A stretch of DNA of 64,000 bases from Amphiscolops sp. MND2022 (Eukaryota): positions 15,376,001 to 15,440,000 of the forward strand of contig OZ076411.1 in the NCBI GenBank assembly GCA_964187785.1, read 5' to 3'. The notes under the pieces are model-generated. The model did not search any database and was not told the DNA's origin. It saw only the letters and a list, made by a program, of their open reading frames with translations. Each line of letters opens with the position of its first letter. The first letter of the stretch is position 1. A program made the position numbers and the translations under genes. Below, piece after piece: positions 38,153-50,802 of this stretch.

Positions 38153-40294
38153 ATGGCTGGCAAAATTACTTGGCTTATCCAGACCTCGGCAGAGACCAAT
38201 TCACAGGAACAGACCCAGATCAAGATCCTGAACAATTTATACAGCTAATTGAAAAGAAGTCCCGATTTTCCCATGGCGATACCCCAGCGAACGGAGCAGC
38301 ACTTGACGACTACAACTTCAAAAGAAAATCCTACTTCACTACACTACTAAGAGGACCCGCAGCGGAGTGGTTCGAGACCAGCATCACAGACGCTAACACT
38401 TGGGCAGAAATCAGAGAAAGGTTCATCACACGTTTCGCAGATGGCAGAAACAAATTGAGGCACAGAATGGAAGCAGAACATGTCACCAGACGAGATGGAG
38501 AAGAGATCAAGAATTTCCTACACAGAATCAAAATTGTTGTGGGGAAAGGCTGGCCAGATGATCTTGCTGGCGTTGCACCAAACGACAGAAATGCAGAAAG
38601 AGCAGCGCAAGACAGACAAAGAAGACAAAGGTGCATCGACTACTCTGTGAGAGGCCTAAGACCTCCAAAGCTGAGAGAAAAGGCACACGAATATCTAATG
38701 GACCACCCGAATGCAACCTGGGAGCTATTCTCACAAGCAGTAATAAACATAGACCTTTCCTACAATGTAACTACCGCCCTAACTGGCGGAGAATCACACG
38801 CAAACCCACTCATACAAGAAATGCGAGACGACCTAAAGGGAATTAAACTACAAATCAAAGAACAGATGAATAACACGATCAACGCAGTAGAGAAAACAGT
38901 AGACCCTAATGCCACAGGACGAAGAATGGCCACACGATTCTGCGGGTACTGCCGAACAAATGGGCACACATCTATCTGGTGCAGAAAGAAGATGAGAGAC
39001 GAAGAAGTCAAGAAGGTTCAAAACGAAACTAACACAGAGAGAAAAATAACGTTCACCAGCGATTACAACAAAAGAACAGGACCTGGACATGGCTCAAGAT
39101 TTCAGCCAAGATTACCCGATTCAGAGATCTGAAAACATATGGCTGTGGCACACCAACTGGCGCTCGCAGGAGCTTTGCAAGCAACCCCCACTTGGGACCG
39201 ATTTGATAAAACACAGAACAGAAACTTTAACTCTGAACGCAGAACTATGAATACGAGGTTTGACTCTTAATAACTCCAGATTTTCACAAGAGGGGAGAAG
39301 ACTTTTTTCCTAAAACCCTAACAATTCTAGGAGTATCTCTCCAGGACCACAGAGAGCAAGGTCTCCATTTGCCCCCAATAGAGGCCAGTCTAGTTCGTTC
39401 AACCGCAACATACAACCCCTTCCACCAAGGAACAACTCAGTTTTTCAGAGACAACAACAAAACAGAAACGAAAGACCCAGCACCCCTACTCAGTCTTACG
39501 AGCAAAGATTTCCAAAGACTAAGGAAATGGGAAGATCCAACACAGTACAATTCTTAGAAACTGACTACTCGGTGAACTCGGTAGCCGACTTTCGTCCTTT
39601 AAACTACTAAGGTCTCCGAAAAATAAAAATACCAGCAGTGCCCCGCTAAAATTTAGTCTTAATCTTTTTTATTTTGCTGCCGGAGACTCACAAAAAGATA
39701 GTGGCTTGGAAATGGAATTTCTACTTGACACTGGGGCAACATCTTCAATCATCAACTATAGAACTTTTAGAGAACTTTTCCAATTCCAACAAGACCTCAA
39801 ACTCAGCAGGAGCAACAACACAACACGGAACTACTATGGTCAAATCATCCCTATGATGGGATACATTTCACTACGACTCTACTATGATTCCGACGGCCAA
39901 CATAACTTCCCTCTGACAGTCTGGATCACAGAGATGAAGACACAGAACCTTCTTGGAATGAACTTCTGCCAAGAGCAGATCAACAAAATACATTTCGACC
40001 TCCCCGGCATAGAGCTCAAGAGACCTCTAAATACCTTCTGCTATGGTAGCCTTCAATTAAACAAAGTATACCCCTATGTTTCGCAAATATTAACAGTCAA
40101 AATCCCTCACTCCATGTACATTGAACTGAAAACAACAAGATGCTACAAATTTGCCTCCGAAAACGCGAATTCCTTTTCTCCCGGATCTACATTCCTTCCA
40201 AACAGAAAGGCAGTTTCTACAAGACCCAACTTCATAAATGTCCTCTGTACACAGTTCGAGAAGACTTTGCCAATTGTCAAGGAAAACAACAAGG
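38153..40294 (+). pseudogene. Gypsy gag plus protease fragment, copy 2
   Basis: As copy 1; slip site at 39598-39604. Confidence 0.9.
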
Positions 40295-41571
40295 CAAAAA
40301 TTTCCAAAAAGTTGTCGTTTGATCTTCCAGCAGTTGCCAGAATACAGATGGCCAAGCAAATTTGAAGTAACGAGTGTGTTTGAATTGTGGCGACAGTGGA
40401 TTTAAATAGTCGTTACAGATATGACAGTGTAACCCGATCAGAATTTAAAGAGGGAGTAAAATGACGTCACATGAGGGTATTCGATTGAATAGTTGTAAAA
40501 TGTAAGGGATAAAACAGAGTGCTAGTTCGAAAACAACAGGAACACGTTTCATCTTCTGGGCAAAGGTCTTTCATAGTTAATTCATTTTCCGGGGTAGATG
40601 GTAAAACAGAAATTTTGAATATATCGCCATTAAATTGTTCAGTCTCATCGCAACGGGAACGTCTGTTACCTTTTGTGATACTTCCGCATATCGTACAATT
40701 GTTCAACATTCTTCGTTTGAGAGGCATTATTGACTTCAAAGAGTGCCTTTGGTTTGAATACCAGTATCAAAGCAACCCGGAACGACAAGTCGATAATGTT
40801 TATGTTGAAACCCAAAATGATGCATTACTCATATTCAATTCGACAAAAGACGCAGATTACCGTTTTGAACTCAAAAAATCGCTAACGTCGCATTGAATGA
40901 CACTATAGTTTACAATTAGAAACAATATTGAGGAATTAAAATTGTATTGAAAACATAAAATAGTGAAGAAGAAGCAATATTACAACAAAGCTAACAGACA
41001 AATTTTCGACAAAATAAAGAGAACAATCACGTTTTGAATTGAATTCATACTTTGAGCTTTGTAGACAACTCCAAACTCGCCTCTATACAAATTCGCCCCG
41101 ACCTTTTCATAATATATAAGGTTTAAAAAATGAAAAGCTTTTAACCTAGAAGACTGGACGGGCAAGGGCGACTTGCAGAGGCATGATTAGCCCGTACAAC
41201 ACGTATCCTGTTGCTGTCACCATCAAAAAGAACATAGAAAAGATCTCGTTGAGGAATTAAAATTGTATTGAAAACATAAAATAGTGAAGAAGCAATATTA
41301 CAACAAAGCTAACAGACAAATTTTCGACAAAATAAAGAGAACAATCACGTTTTGAATTGAATTCATACTTTGAGCTTTGTAGACAACTCCAAACTCGCCT
41401 CTATACAAATTCGCCCCGACCTTTTCATAATATATAAGGTCTAAAAAATGAAAAGCTTTTAACCTAGAAGACTGGACGGGCAAGGGCGACTTGCAGAGGC
41501 ATGATTAGCCCGTACAACACGTATCCTGTTGCTGTCACCATCAAAAAGAACATAGAAAAGATCTCGTTGTA

Positions 41572-42998
41572 GACCCAAACAACTGCGACCTCCATCTGGA
41601 CCGCTGATATGGATCTCGCCTATCATGCTTACCAACTTCCACCTTTATTACCTCAAAGAATACGTACGAATGACTGACCCTAATGGAGCCCGTGTCTTGA
41701 GCTTACTGGACGAAACAAAAATCACTAAAGAGGTTGCGCTTGAGATTGTGAAAATAATTTCTGAACACTGTCATTTCCTTACGAGCTGGAATCAAATTCC
41801 TCGTGATTCAGCTACTCTGCGAGTAGTTCCAACTAAACAAGCTGAACGTAAATTAATAAAAGAACATATTGCTTCAATTGAGAGATCTGGTATTCCGAAC
41901 GTTACCCTCAAAAGTTGCGACGAGATTTCTAGAAGAGGTCAAAACGTTTGGACCAAAATTACCGATGCATTGATAACGACTTATTTGAATAGACAATGTT
42001 TGGAACCAGAATCTTTATTTCTTTACGAGGGCGCACCGATGCGACTAACACGAAATGATACCAGATTGAATTTGTGTCAGGGACAACTTTGTGTAATTCA
42101 AAAACTTCCAGAGCTCAACGATTTGCATGTTTGCTTGCTTGTAGCCCCACCATGTGTCAGAGACTTGCCTCCTGTAGGAGTTGGGGGAACTAGAGATTTC
42201 CTTTCGCATGGTTGGCGTTCTCTAAAAGTTAAAAAAGTAGACGGTATGCCACACAAGTATAAAGATAATTTTAGTGTGAGACGCATTCATTTTCCTCTGA
42301 AGCCGTTTGAAGCTTCAACTATACACAAGTGTATAGGAGATGATGTGCCGTTACTTGCCACACAAATAACAACTACTGACCCAAACGAAAAAAAAGATGT
42401 TTAAACTTTGGGAACGTAATCAATTGCTTGTTCTGTTGAGTCGAGTACAGAAGCTGGAACATTTAACTTTCGTCGGAAACAAAGCTCTCACATTGAAGAC
42501 AATTGAAAATATATGCTACACTGTAAACCAATGGGATTTTTTCATTGACTCATTTGTTGAACAACTTGGAAAGGCTAATGAAAGTAACAATGTTTTGTCA
42601 ATTCCGCAGTCTGAACATGTCTTCCCAATTTCACGCCAGTACATAGCGGACGACAATGCAGCGCAGTCTACGCATGCCTCTCTCTCAGGGATGGTTCAAT
42701 AGAGATTGACTGTTGTACCAACGTGAAGCTGGTTTTACAGCAAATGAATAGTTTCGCCAGCAACTTACATGCAACAATCATGGCGAGAAAACCATGTGCG
42801 TTGCTATGTGCTGCATTCTTCCCCTCAGCCGATGGCATAGATGCGTCACTTTCGGAACTCCAGTCACAGTGGTTGAGAGTGGCAAAAGAAAATCAAGTAT
42901 TGAGTCCACGTTTCCTGTGCCAAAAGTTTCAAAATGAAGCAAGCATCAATACACACTTCTATGATTCAGTTCATTTTGTTTCATTTATTGAAACATGA
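41572..42998 (+). pseudogene. PIF1-family helicase relic, copy 3
   Basis: Same motifs, with an additional frameshift near 42657. Confidence 0.82.
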
Positions 42999-43533
42999 AG
43001 AGCTCGTTACGTTCTTGTTTAGCAGTGATTTCATTACTCATTCCAGCAATAGTTTCAATGTACGTTTTATCGCCAGTTATTATTCTCCGCATTCCTTAAC
43101 AGTTACACTGTAATTTTCAACAGTTGTGAATTTTGAGCCAAGAATGCCGACAGATATTCGTGCACTCATTGCTGCTCGACGCGAGATTAAATGTGCTAAT
43201 CTCTGAAGAAGGGTGATTATCACTGGACATTGCCAAATACAGAGCACTCCTATCTGGACTGGTTTGAGTGTATAGTAGTGTTGACGTTAATGTAGGATGG
43301 TTATTTCCCGTTTCAGGATCGGAAACATTCGGAACGTTGTCGTTGTGTTTTCCGAATGATGTGGAAATTAGTGGAAATGTTTCTCATTTCGATTGCGCAA
43401 TTGACTTCTTTGGTACAGTGTTTTGTAATTATCCATGTGAGATTCTAGCTATTCTAGTAACATTTAACCGGCAGGGGATCGCCCACAACACTTACAGTCC
43501 AGTAACCTACGTAGACTTCTACAACGAAACAGA

Positions 43534-43930
43534 AGAATATTTTCCCCAGATTTCACTCAGCGGTAATCTTAAATTCTAACTTAGAATATTTTCGCAGATT
43601 TCACTCATCGGTTATCTCGAATTCTAACTTTGAATAATTTTCCGCACATTTCACTCGGCGGTTATCTTAAATTCTAACTTAGAATATTTTCCGCAGATTT
43701 CACTCAGCGGTAATCTTGAATTCTAACTTAGAATAATTTTCCGCAGATTTCACTCAGCGGTTATCTTAAATTCTACCTTAGATTATTTTCCGCAGATTTC
43801 ACTCAGCGGTAATCTTGAATTCTAACTTAGAATAATTTTCCGCAGTTTTCACTCATCGGTTATCTTAAATTCTAACTTAGAATATTTTCACAGATTTCAC
43901 TCATCGGTTATCTGAAGTTTTAACTTAGAA
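43534..43930. repeat. 49-50 bp tandem array, 8 copies
   Basis: Unit aaattctaacttagaatattttccgcagatttcactcagcggtaatctt. Confidence 0.95.
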
Positions 43931-45679
43931 TGTTTTCTTTCAGAGCTACCTAGAATTTACGAGGTTGACGTTACACGGATTCCCCCTAACTAATAAAATG
44001 ATTTTGTCTTATAAATTTGTTCACCCAAAAGTCTTGATGCTATTCACTTTAAAATTGAAGAGACACGAAAAACCAATGCCTCCGTTTAAAATAGTACGGA
44101 ATTGTAAACTGTATTTTGATAAATCTCCTGAACTGAAAAGAAAGTGCGTTTATTCCATTGACGCTAAATTTCCCTAATATACTGCACTAAATTTAAATAA
44201 GTAAAGTTTTATTACTTCGATGAAAATGAATAAATCTTTTGCTCTGAGGCGACTAGGCGACTGACGAATGTAAAAGTGAAATAAATACTGCTATGCCTAT
44301 AAAATTTTGCTCTGTATTTCTGTCTTGTCGCTTATTGTAATTCAACATATTTTTTCCCATACTTCTCTCCTTTTCAGATAGTTCTTTTACATACACTGCC
44401 TTGCACTCACTCACGCAACTTCCTTTGTCCGCACGTACACGCAAGGCACTTTTCAGGATAACACCGAGTAAGCTATTGAGACTTTCTTACTCATACCTAA
44501 TCAATAAGGGAACGGTCAATAGTAGTATTTTGCAAAATGCCACAGAAGACGAACTGACTATTACTGATAACAAGTGAGCAGTCCCTTGAAATGAGAAAAC
44601 AGGAAAGAGTAAATAGCAAAATTTATCCATGCGTGCGACAAATTGGTGCGACCAGTGAGGCATCTTTCTCTCTTTTAGTAGAGAAGTAATTGAGCTATCT
44701 GTTAGAATCCTTACTCTCAGAAGTTAGGGTTAACAACCTATTTCTCTTGATCTTACTTCTGATTTTCTTTTTTCTCCTACTGCCCCAATATGTGGCTTCT
44801 TTGGTCTATATAAATCATAGAACTGCTAGTAAATACTCCAATAGAATCTCTCCAGCTTAACAGCTTTTGGAAGAGACTGTGCACTACGCAACTTAGTTCT
44901 CTCAATCCCCAAAACGGTTAGAGCTGATTTACTTTTACGGAAATGCTAGACTACATTCGGTCCTAAACGAGAATGAAACTGCTTTCTAACACGGAATTTA
45001 AACTTACAGTTGCGAAAATTCGCTCAAATCCAGACGGACACTTAGAAAAAGCCCGCCTAGGTCTCCTCGGAAGCTGATTGAAGGCCGTGAGCCCAGTGGG
45101 TGTCCTTGAACCTGTGTAGCATTCCAAGGTGGAAACCTAGAATTCCAAGAATTCTAGTGATAGTACCCTAGTGTTTGCATGATAGTGATCTTGGCCCCGC
45201 GCTACTTGATCCTGAGGACGAGAGTGACTCCCTCTGTTTGTTTGTTGTATTACTTTTACAAAACCCATTGAAAGGCTAGACTAGCGAATTGAAGACCTTT
45301 TGGACCGACTGTACTCTCCATATTTTTTCTTTGGGTTAATTCGGAGGATTGGTATTACCCGAACTGCCCTTTCTGTTAATCATTTAAATTTAGCGGGATT
45401 TGTAAGTATCCCCTATTTTTTGGGATTGAAGTATTAAACCCGGAGGACTAACGTCTCCTAAGCTGAGACGTGGGATCTTCAAAAATTTTTTTGCATACTA
45501 CTGAGTCTATGCAAAATCAGACCTGCCTAATTCTTATCATCTTTAGAACTCTTGCAAGAGCGTCTTCTACATTAATCCTTTGTGGTTATTCACAGAGACC
45601 TGGAGTATCCTATCTAATAGAAACTTTAATTTTATTATTCGTTGCTACAATTTTTTTCTAATAATTTCAACAGCTCACA

Positions 45680-47820
45680 ATGGCTGGCAAAATTACTTGG
45701 CTTATCCAGACCTCGGCAGAGACCAATTCACAGGAACAGACCCAGATCAAGATCCTGAACAATTTATACAGCTAATTGAAAAGAAGTCCCGATTTTCCCA
45801 TGGCGATACCCCAGCGAACGGAGCAGCACTTGACGACTACAACTTCGAAAGAAAATCCTACTTCACTACACTACTAAGAGGACCCGCAGCGGAGTGGTTC
45901 GAGACCAGCATCACAGACGCTAACACTTGGGCAGAAATCAGAGAAAGGTTCATCACACGTTTCGCAGATGGCAGAAACAAATTGAGGCACAGAATGGAAG
46001 CAGAACACGCCACCAGACGAGATGGAGAAGAGATCAAGAATTTCCTACACAGAATCAAAATTGTTGTGGGGAAAGGCTGGCCAGATGATCTTGCTGGCGT
46101 TGCACCAAACGACAGAAATGCAGAAAGAGCAGCGCAAGACAGACAAAGAAGACAAAGGTGCATCGACTACTCTGTGAGAGGCCTAAGACCTCCAAAGCTG
46201 AGAGAAAAGGCACACGAATATCTAATGGACCACCCGAATGCAACCTGGGAGCTATTCTCACAAGCAGTAATAAACATAGACCTTTCCTACAATGTAACTA
46301 CCGCCCTAACTGGCGGAGAATCACACGCAGACCCACTCATACAAGAAATGCGAGACGACCTAAAGGGAATTAAACTACAAATCAAAGAACAGATGAATAA
46401 CACGATCAACGCAGTAGAGAAAACAGTAGACCCTAATGCCACAGGACGAAGAATGGCCACACGATTCTGCGGGTACTGCCGAACAAATGGGCACACACCT
46501 ATCTGGTGCAGAAAGAAGATGAGAGACGAAGAAGTCAAGAAGGTTCAAAACGAAACTAACACAGAGAGAAAAATAACGTTCACCAGCGATTACAACAAAA
46601 GAACAGGACCTGGACATGGCTCAAGATTTCAGCCAAGATTACCCGATTCAGAGATCCGAAAACATATGGCTGTGGCACACCAACTGGCGCTCGCAGGAGC
46701 TTTGCAAGCAACCCCCACTTGGGACCGATTTGATAAAACACAGAACAGAAACTTTAACTCTGAACGCAGAACTATGAATACGAGGTTTGACTCTAATAAC
46801 TCCAGATTTTCACAAGAGGGGAGAAGACTTTTTTCCTAAAACCCTAACAATTCTAGGAGTATCTCTCCAGGACCACAGAGAGCAAGGTCTTCATTTGCCC
46901 CCAATAGAGGCCAGTCTAGTTCGTTCAACCGCAACATACAACCCCTTCCACCAAGAAACAACTCAGTTTTTCAGAGACAACAACAAAACAGAAACGAAAG
47001 ACCCAGCACCCCTACTCAGTCTTACGAGCAAAGATTTCCAAAGACTAAGGACATGGGAAGATCCAACACAGTACAATTCTTAGAAACTGACTACTCGGTG
47101 AACTCGGTAGCCGACTTTCGTCCTTTAAACTACTAAGGTCTCCGAAAAATAAAAATACCAGCAGTGCCCCGCTAAAATTTAGTCTTAATCTTTATTATTT
47201 TGCTGCCGGAGACTCACAAAAAGATAGTGGCTTGGAAATGGAATTTCTACTTGACACTGGGGCAACATCTTCAATCATCAACTATAGAACTTTTAGAGAA
47301 CTTTTCCAATTCCAACAAGACCTCGAACTCAGCAGGAGCAACAACACAACACGGAACTACTATGGTCAAATCATCCCTATGATGGGATACATTTCACTAC
47401 GACTCTACTATGATTCCGACGGCCAACATAACTTCCCTCTTACAGTCTGGATCACAGAGATGAAGACACAGAACCTTCTTGGAATGAACTTCTGCCAAGA
47501 GCAGATCAACAAAATACATTTCGACCTCCCCGGCATAGAGCTCAAGAGACCTCTAAATACCTTCTGCTATGGTAGCCTTCAATTAAACAAAGTATACCCC
47601 TATGTTTTGCAAATATTAACAGTCAAAATCCCTCACTCCATGTACATTGCACTGAAAACAACAAGATGCTACAAATTTGCCTCCGAAAACGCGAATTCCT
47701 TCCCTCCCGGATCTACATTCCTTCCAAACAGAAAGGCAGTTTCTACAAGACCCAACTTCATAAATGTCCTCTGTACACAGTTCGAGAAGACTTTGCCAAT
47801 TGTCATGGAAAACAACAAGG
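45680..47820 (+). pseudogene. Gypsy gag plus protease fragment, copy 3 (least decayed gag)
   Basis: CGA instead of the TGA of copies 1 and 2; open to 46839; knuckle CGYCRTNGHTPIWC; slip site at 47124-47130. Confidence 0.9.
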
Positions 47821-48899
47821 CAAAAATTTCCAAAAAGCTGTCGTTTGATCTTCCAGCAGTTGCCAGAATACAGATGGCCAAGCAAATTTGAAGTAACGAG
47901 TGTGTTTGAATTGTGGCGACAGTGGATTTAAATAGTCGTTACAGATATGACAGTGTAACCCGATCAGAATTTAAAGAGGGAGTAAAATGACGTCGCATGA
48001 GGGTATTCGATTGAATAGTTGTAAAATGTAAGGGATAAAACAAAGTGCTAGTTCGAAAACAACAGGAACACGTTTCATCTTCTGGGCAAAGGTCTTTCAT
48101 AGTTAATTCATTTTCCGGGGTAGATGGTAAAACAGAAATTTTGAATATATCGCCATTAAATTGTTCAGTCTCATCGCAACGGGAACGTCTGTTACCTTTT
48201 GTGATACTTCCGCATATCGTACAATTGTTCAACATTCTTCGTTTGAGAGGCATTATTGACTTCAAAGAGTGCGTTTGGTTTGAATACCAGTATCAAAGCA
48301 ACCCGGAACGACAAGTCGATAATGTTTATGTTGAAACCCAAAATGATGCATTACTCATATTCAATTCGACAAAAGACGCAGATTACCGTTTTGAACTCAA
48401 AAAATCGCTAACGTCGCATTGAATGACACTATAGTTTACAATTAGAAACAATATTGAGGAATTAAAATTGTATTGAAAACATAAAATAGTGAAGAAGAAG
48501 CAATATTACAACAAAGCTAACAGACAAATTTTCGACAAAATAAAGAGAACAATCACGTTTTGAATTGAATTCATACTTTGAGCTTTGTAGACAACTCCAA
48601 ACTCGCCTCTATACAAATTCGCCCCGACCTTTTCATAATATATAAGGTCTAAAAAATGAAAAGCTTTTAACCTAGAAGACTGGACGGGCAAGGGCGACTT
48701 GCAGAGGCATGATTAGCCCGTACAACACGTATCCTGTTGCTGTCACCATCAAAAAGAACATAGAAAAGATCTCGTTGAGGAATTAAAATTGTATTGAAAA
48801 CATAAAATAGTGAAGAAGAAGCAATATTACAACAAAGCTAACAGACAAATTTTCGACAAAATAAAGAGAACAATCACGTTTTGAATTGAATTCATACTT
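47821..48899 (+). repeat. Partial tandem unit 4
   Basis: Matches the unit start through part of the second internal duplicate and diverges at 48900. Confidence 0.92.
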
Positions 48900-49142
48900 A
48901 TTGAATTAAGTTTGAATTTAAAACCAAGCCAAGTAATAAGCAAGCAAGGTTACAACAAAGGTAACAGTCAATATTTAGCCAACATAGGATAGAGGATAAA
49001 CTCCCTGTTTCAAAGATATCTTGCTGTGGAAAACCAAGAACATTGAGAGTTAAAACAGAAATTGTTGCATGATGTAAGCTCAAAATGAAAAATAATAATT
49101 ATTAGGAATACTGATAAGGAAAACTAAAACTAACATATTATC

Positions 49143-49400
49143 TTGCTGCTGATTATTCAGCTTTGCCTTCCCTTCCGCCTCGAGGTGAACCTTATCCCGA
49201 CCGAGGACCGACTTGTTACTCAGGAAGCAGGAGACTCCTATATACTTGTAGCCAAATCGACTATCAAGGGCCAGCAAAGAATTTATTTCTCGAATTTGAT
49301 CACAAGTGCCATCATGCCGTGGTGGCACGCCGATAACAACTATACGGCCGGTTGCGTTAGCCATGAGAAAGTTTGCCAAATCAAGTAGCAGACGGTACGC
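49143..49400 (-). pseudogene. SGNH/GDSL esterase-like fragment (as in ORF1 of some LINEs)
   Basis: RIVVIGVPPRHD...IREINSLL...VLGRDKVHL..EGKAKL, with an intact DxxH motif. Confidence 0.7.
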
Positions 49401-49548
49401 CTGGAAACAAATCGTATGATTTTTCAAAAATATTCAATGTATAAATTTCTAGACAGAAAGGTGTCAGAGAAATATTAAGATCAATATGAGGGAAAAAGAA
49501 AATTTACTCACCCGAAACGGCGAACAGTTTGGTCTGATGTCGCGCTAT

Positions 49549-50210
49549 GACTATCGCTCTAACAAATGGTCGAACAGTGCTTTCTTTTATTTAAATAACA
49601 CGTGCTGAAAGAAACAGGAAATGGAACTAACGTTGTGCGTAAGTAGAGGGAGTGGAGGTAATAATAATAAAAATGGCGGCGGCCATAAAGCGGAGACCGC
49701 GAAAAGGAAGGAATAATAATGGAGTACTGCGGGAAAGGAATTGCACAAGTGGAAATTTCTATTACTTACCGCGCAGATTTGAAAAAGAAGCACAGCCACT
49801 TTTGATTGCAAGCAAAACATGCCGGCAAGCAGAAGTGCTCGATTTGACTTTATACCGCGCGCACATGCTGGAGCTTCATCCCGCCGAACGACTGAGCTCA
49901 ACTTAAGCAGAACCTTCTTCCCTCTTCCTCTCTCTCTTCCTCCAATTCTCTTATTCCTATTCCCCCTCTTCTCTCCCTCGACTCTTATTTCCCCCCTTTT
50001 CTCTTTGGCTTATCTTCCCCTTATTTCGTTGCAATTTATCTTAGACTTAAAAAGTCGATCTTCCTATTTCCCCTCTTCTTTCTTTGATTATTATCTTATA
50101 AAATTTTCCTTCCTTCTCAATCCACTTCCCCTTTCTCTCAAGCTCAACTTGTATTAGGGAAATTTCTTCAATCCTACTTTGTCGCCGGTTTCGTGATATT
50201 TTTCTCAGTG
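49549..50210 (+). promoter_or_regulatory. Putative 5' LTR / promoter region
   Basis: Conserved with 22841-23460; YY1-like AAAATGGCGG at 49670-49679; AATAAA at ~49665. TG...CA ends and a PBS were not identified. Confidence 0.45.
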
Positions 50211-50244
50211 GAGATTTTTCATTCTCCCTTTTTCTTTTCTACAT

Positions 50245-50802
50245 TAAATTCTAACTTAGAATATTTTCCGCAGATTTCACTCAGCGGTAATCTTAAATTC
50301 TAACTTAGAATATTTTCCGCAGATTTCACTCAGCGGTAATCTTAAATTCTAACTTAGAATATTTTCCGCAGATTTCACTCAGCCGTTATCTTAAGTTCTA
50401 ACTCAGAATATTTTCCCCAGATTTCACTCAGCGGTTATCTAAAATTCTAACTTAGAATATTTCCCGCAGATTTCACTCAGCGGTTATCTTGAATTCTAAC
50501 TTTTAATAATTTTCCTCAGATTTCACTCGGCGGTTATCTTAAATTCTAACTTAGAATATTTTCCGCAGATATCACTCAGCGGTAATCTTGAATTCTAACG
50601 TAGAATAATTTTCCGCAGATTTCACTCAGCCGTTATCTTAAATTCTACCTTAGAATATTTTCCGCAGATTTCACTCAGCGTTAATATTGAATTCTAACTT
50701 AGAATAATTTTCCGCAGTTTTCACTCATCGGTTATCTTATATTCTAACTTAGAATATTTTCGCAGATTTCACTCATCGGTTATCTGAAGTTTTAACTTAG
50801 AA
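50245..50802. repeat. 49-50 bp tandem array in the element leader, 11 copies
   Basis: Counted directly; each copy carries the inverted repeat TTCTAA-C-TTAGAA. Confidence 0.95.

Larger units (their letters stand above)
33069..40294 (+). repeat. Chimeric tandem unit 2 (7226 bp)
   Basis: Near-identical to unit 1 plus an internal direct duplication (33702-34022 / 34023-34340). Confidence 0.95.
40295..47820 (+). repeat. Chimeric tandem unit 3 (7526 bp)
   Basis: Same layout; 8 copies of the 49-bp repeat instead of 2. Confidence 0.95.

Noticed and set aside
26161-48899. Helitron rolling-circle concatemer
   Set aside because: Unit junctions show AG microhomology inside coding sequence, not 5'-TC / hairpin-CTRR-3' termini.
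43534-50802. 49-bp arrays as CRISPR
   Set aside because: Contiguous tandem repeats with no unique spacers.
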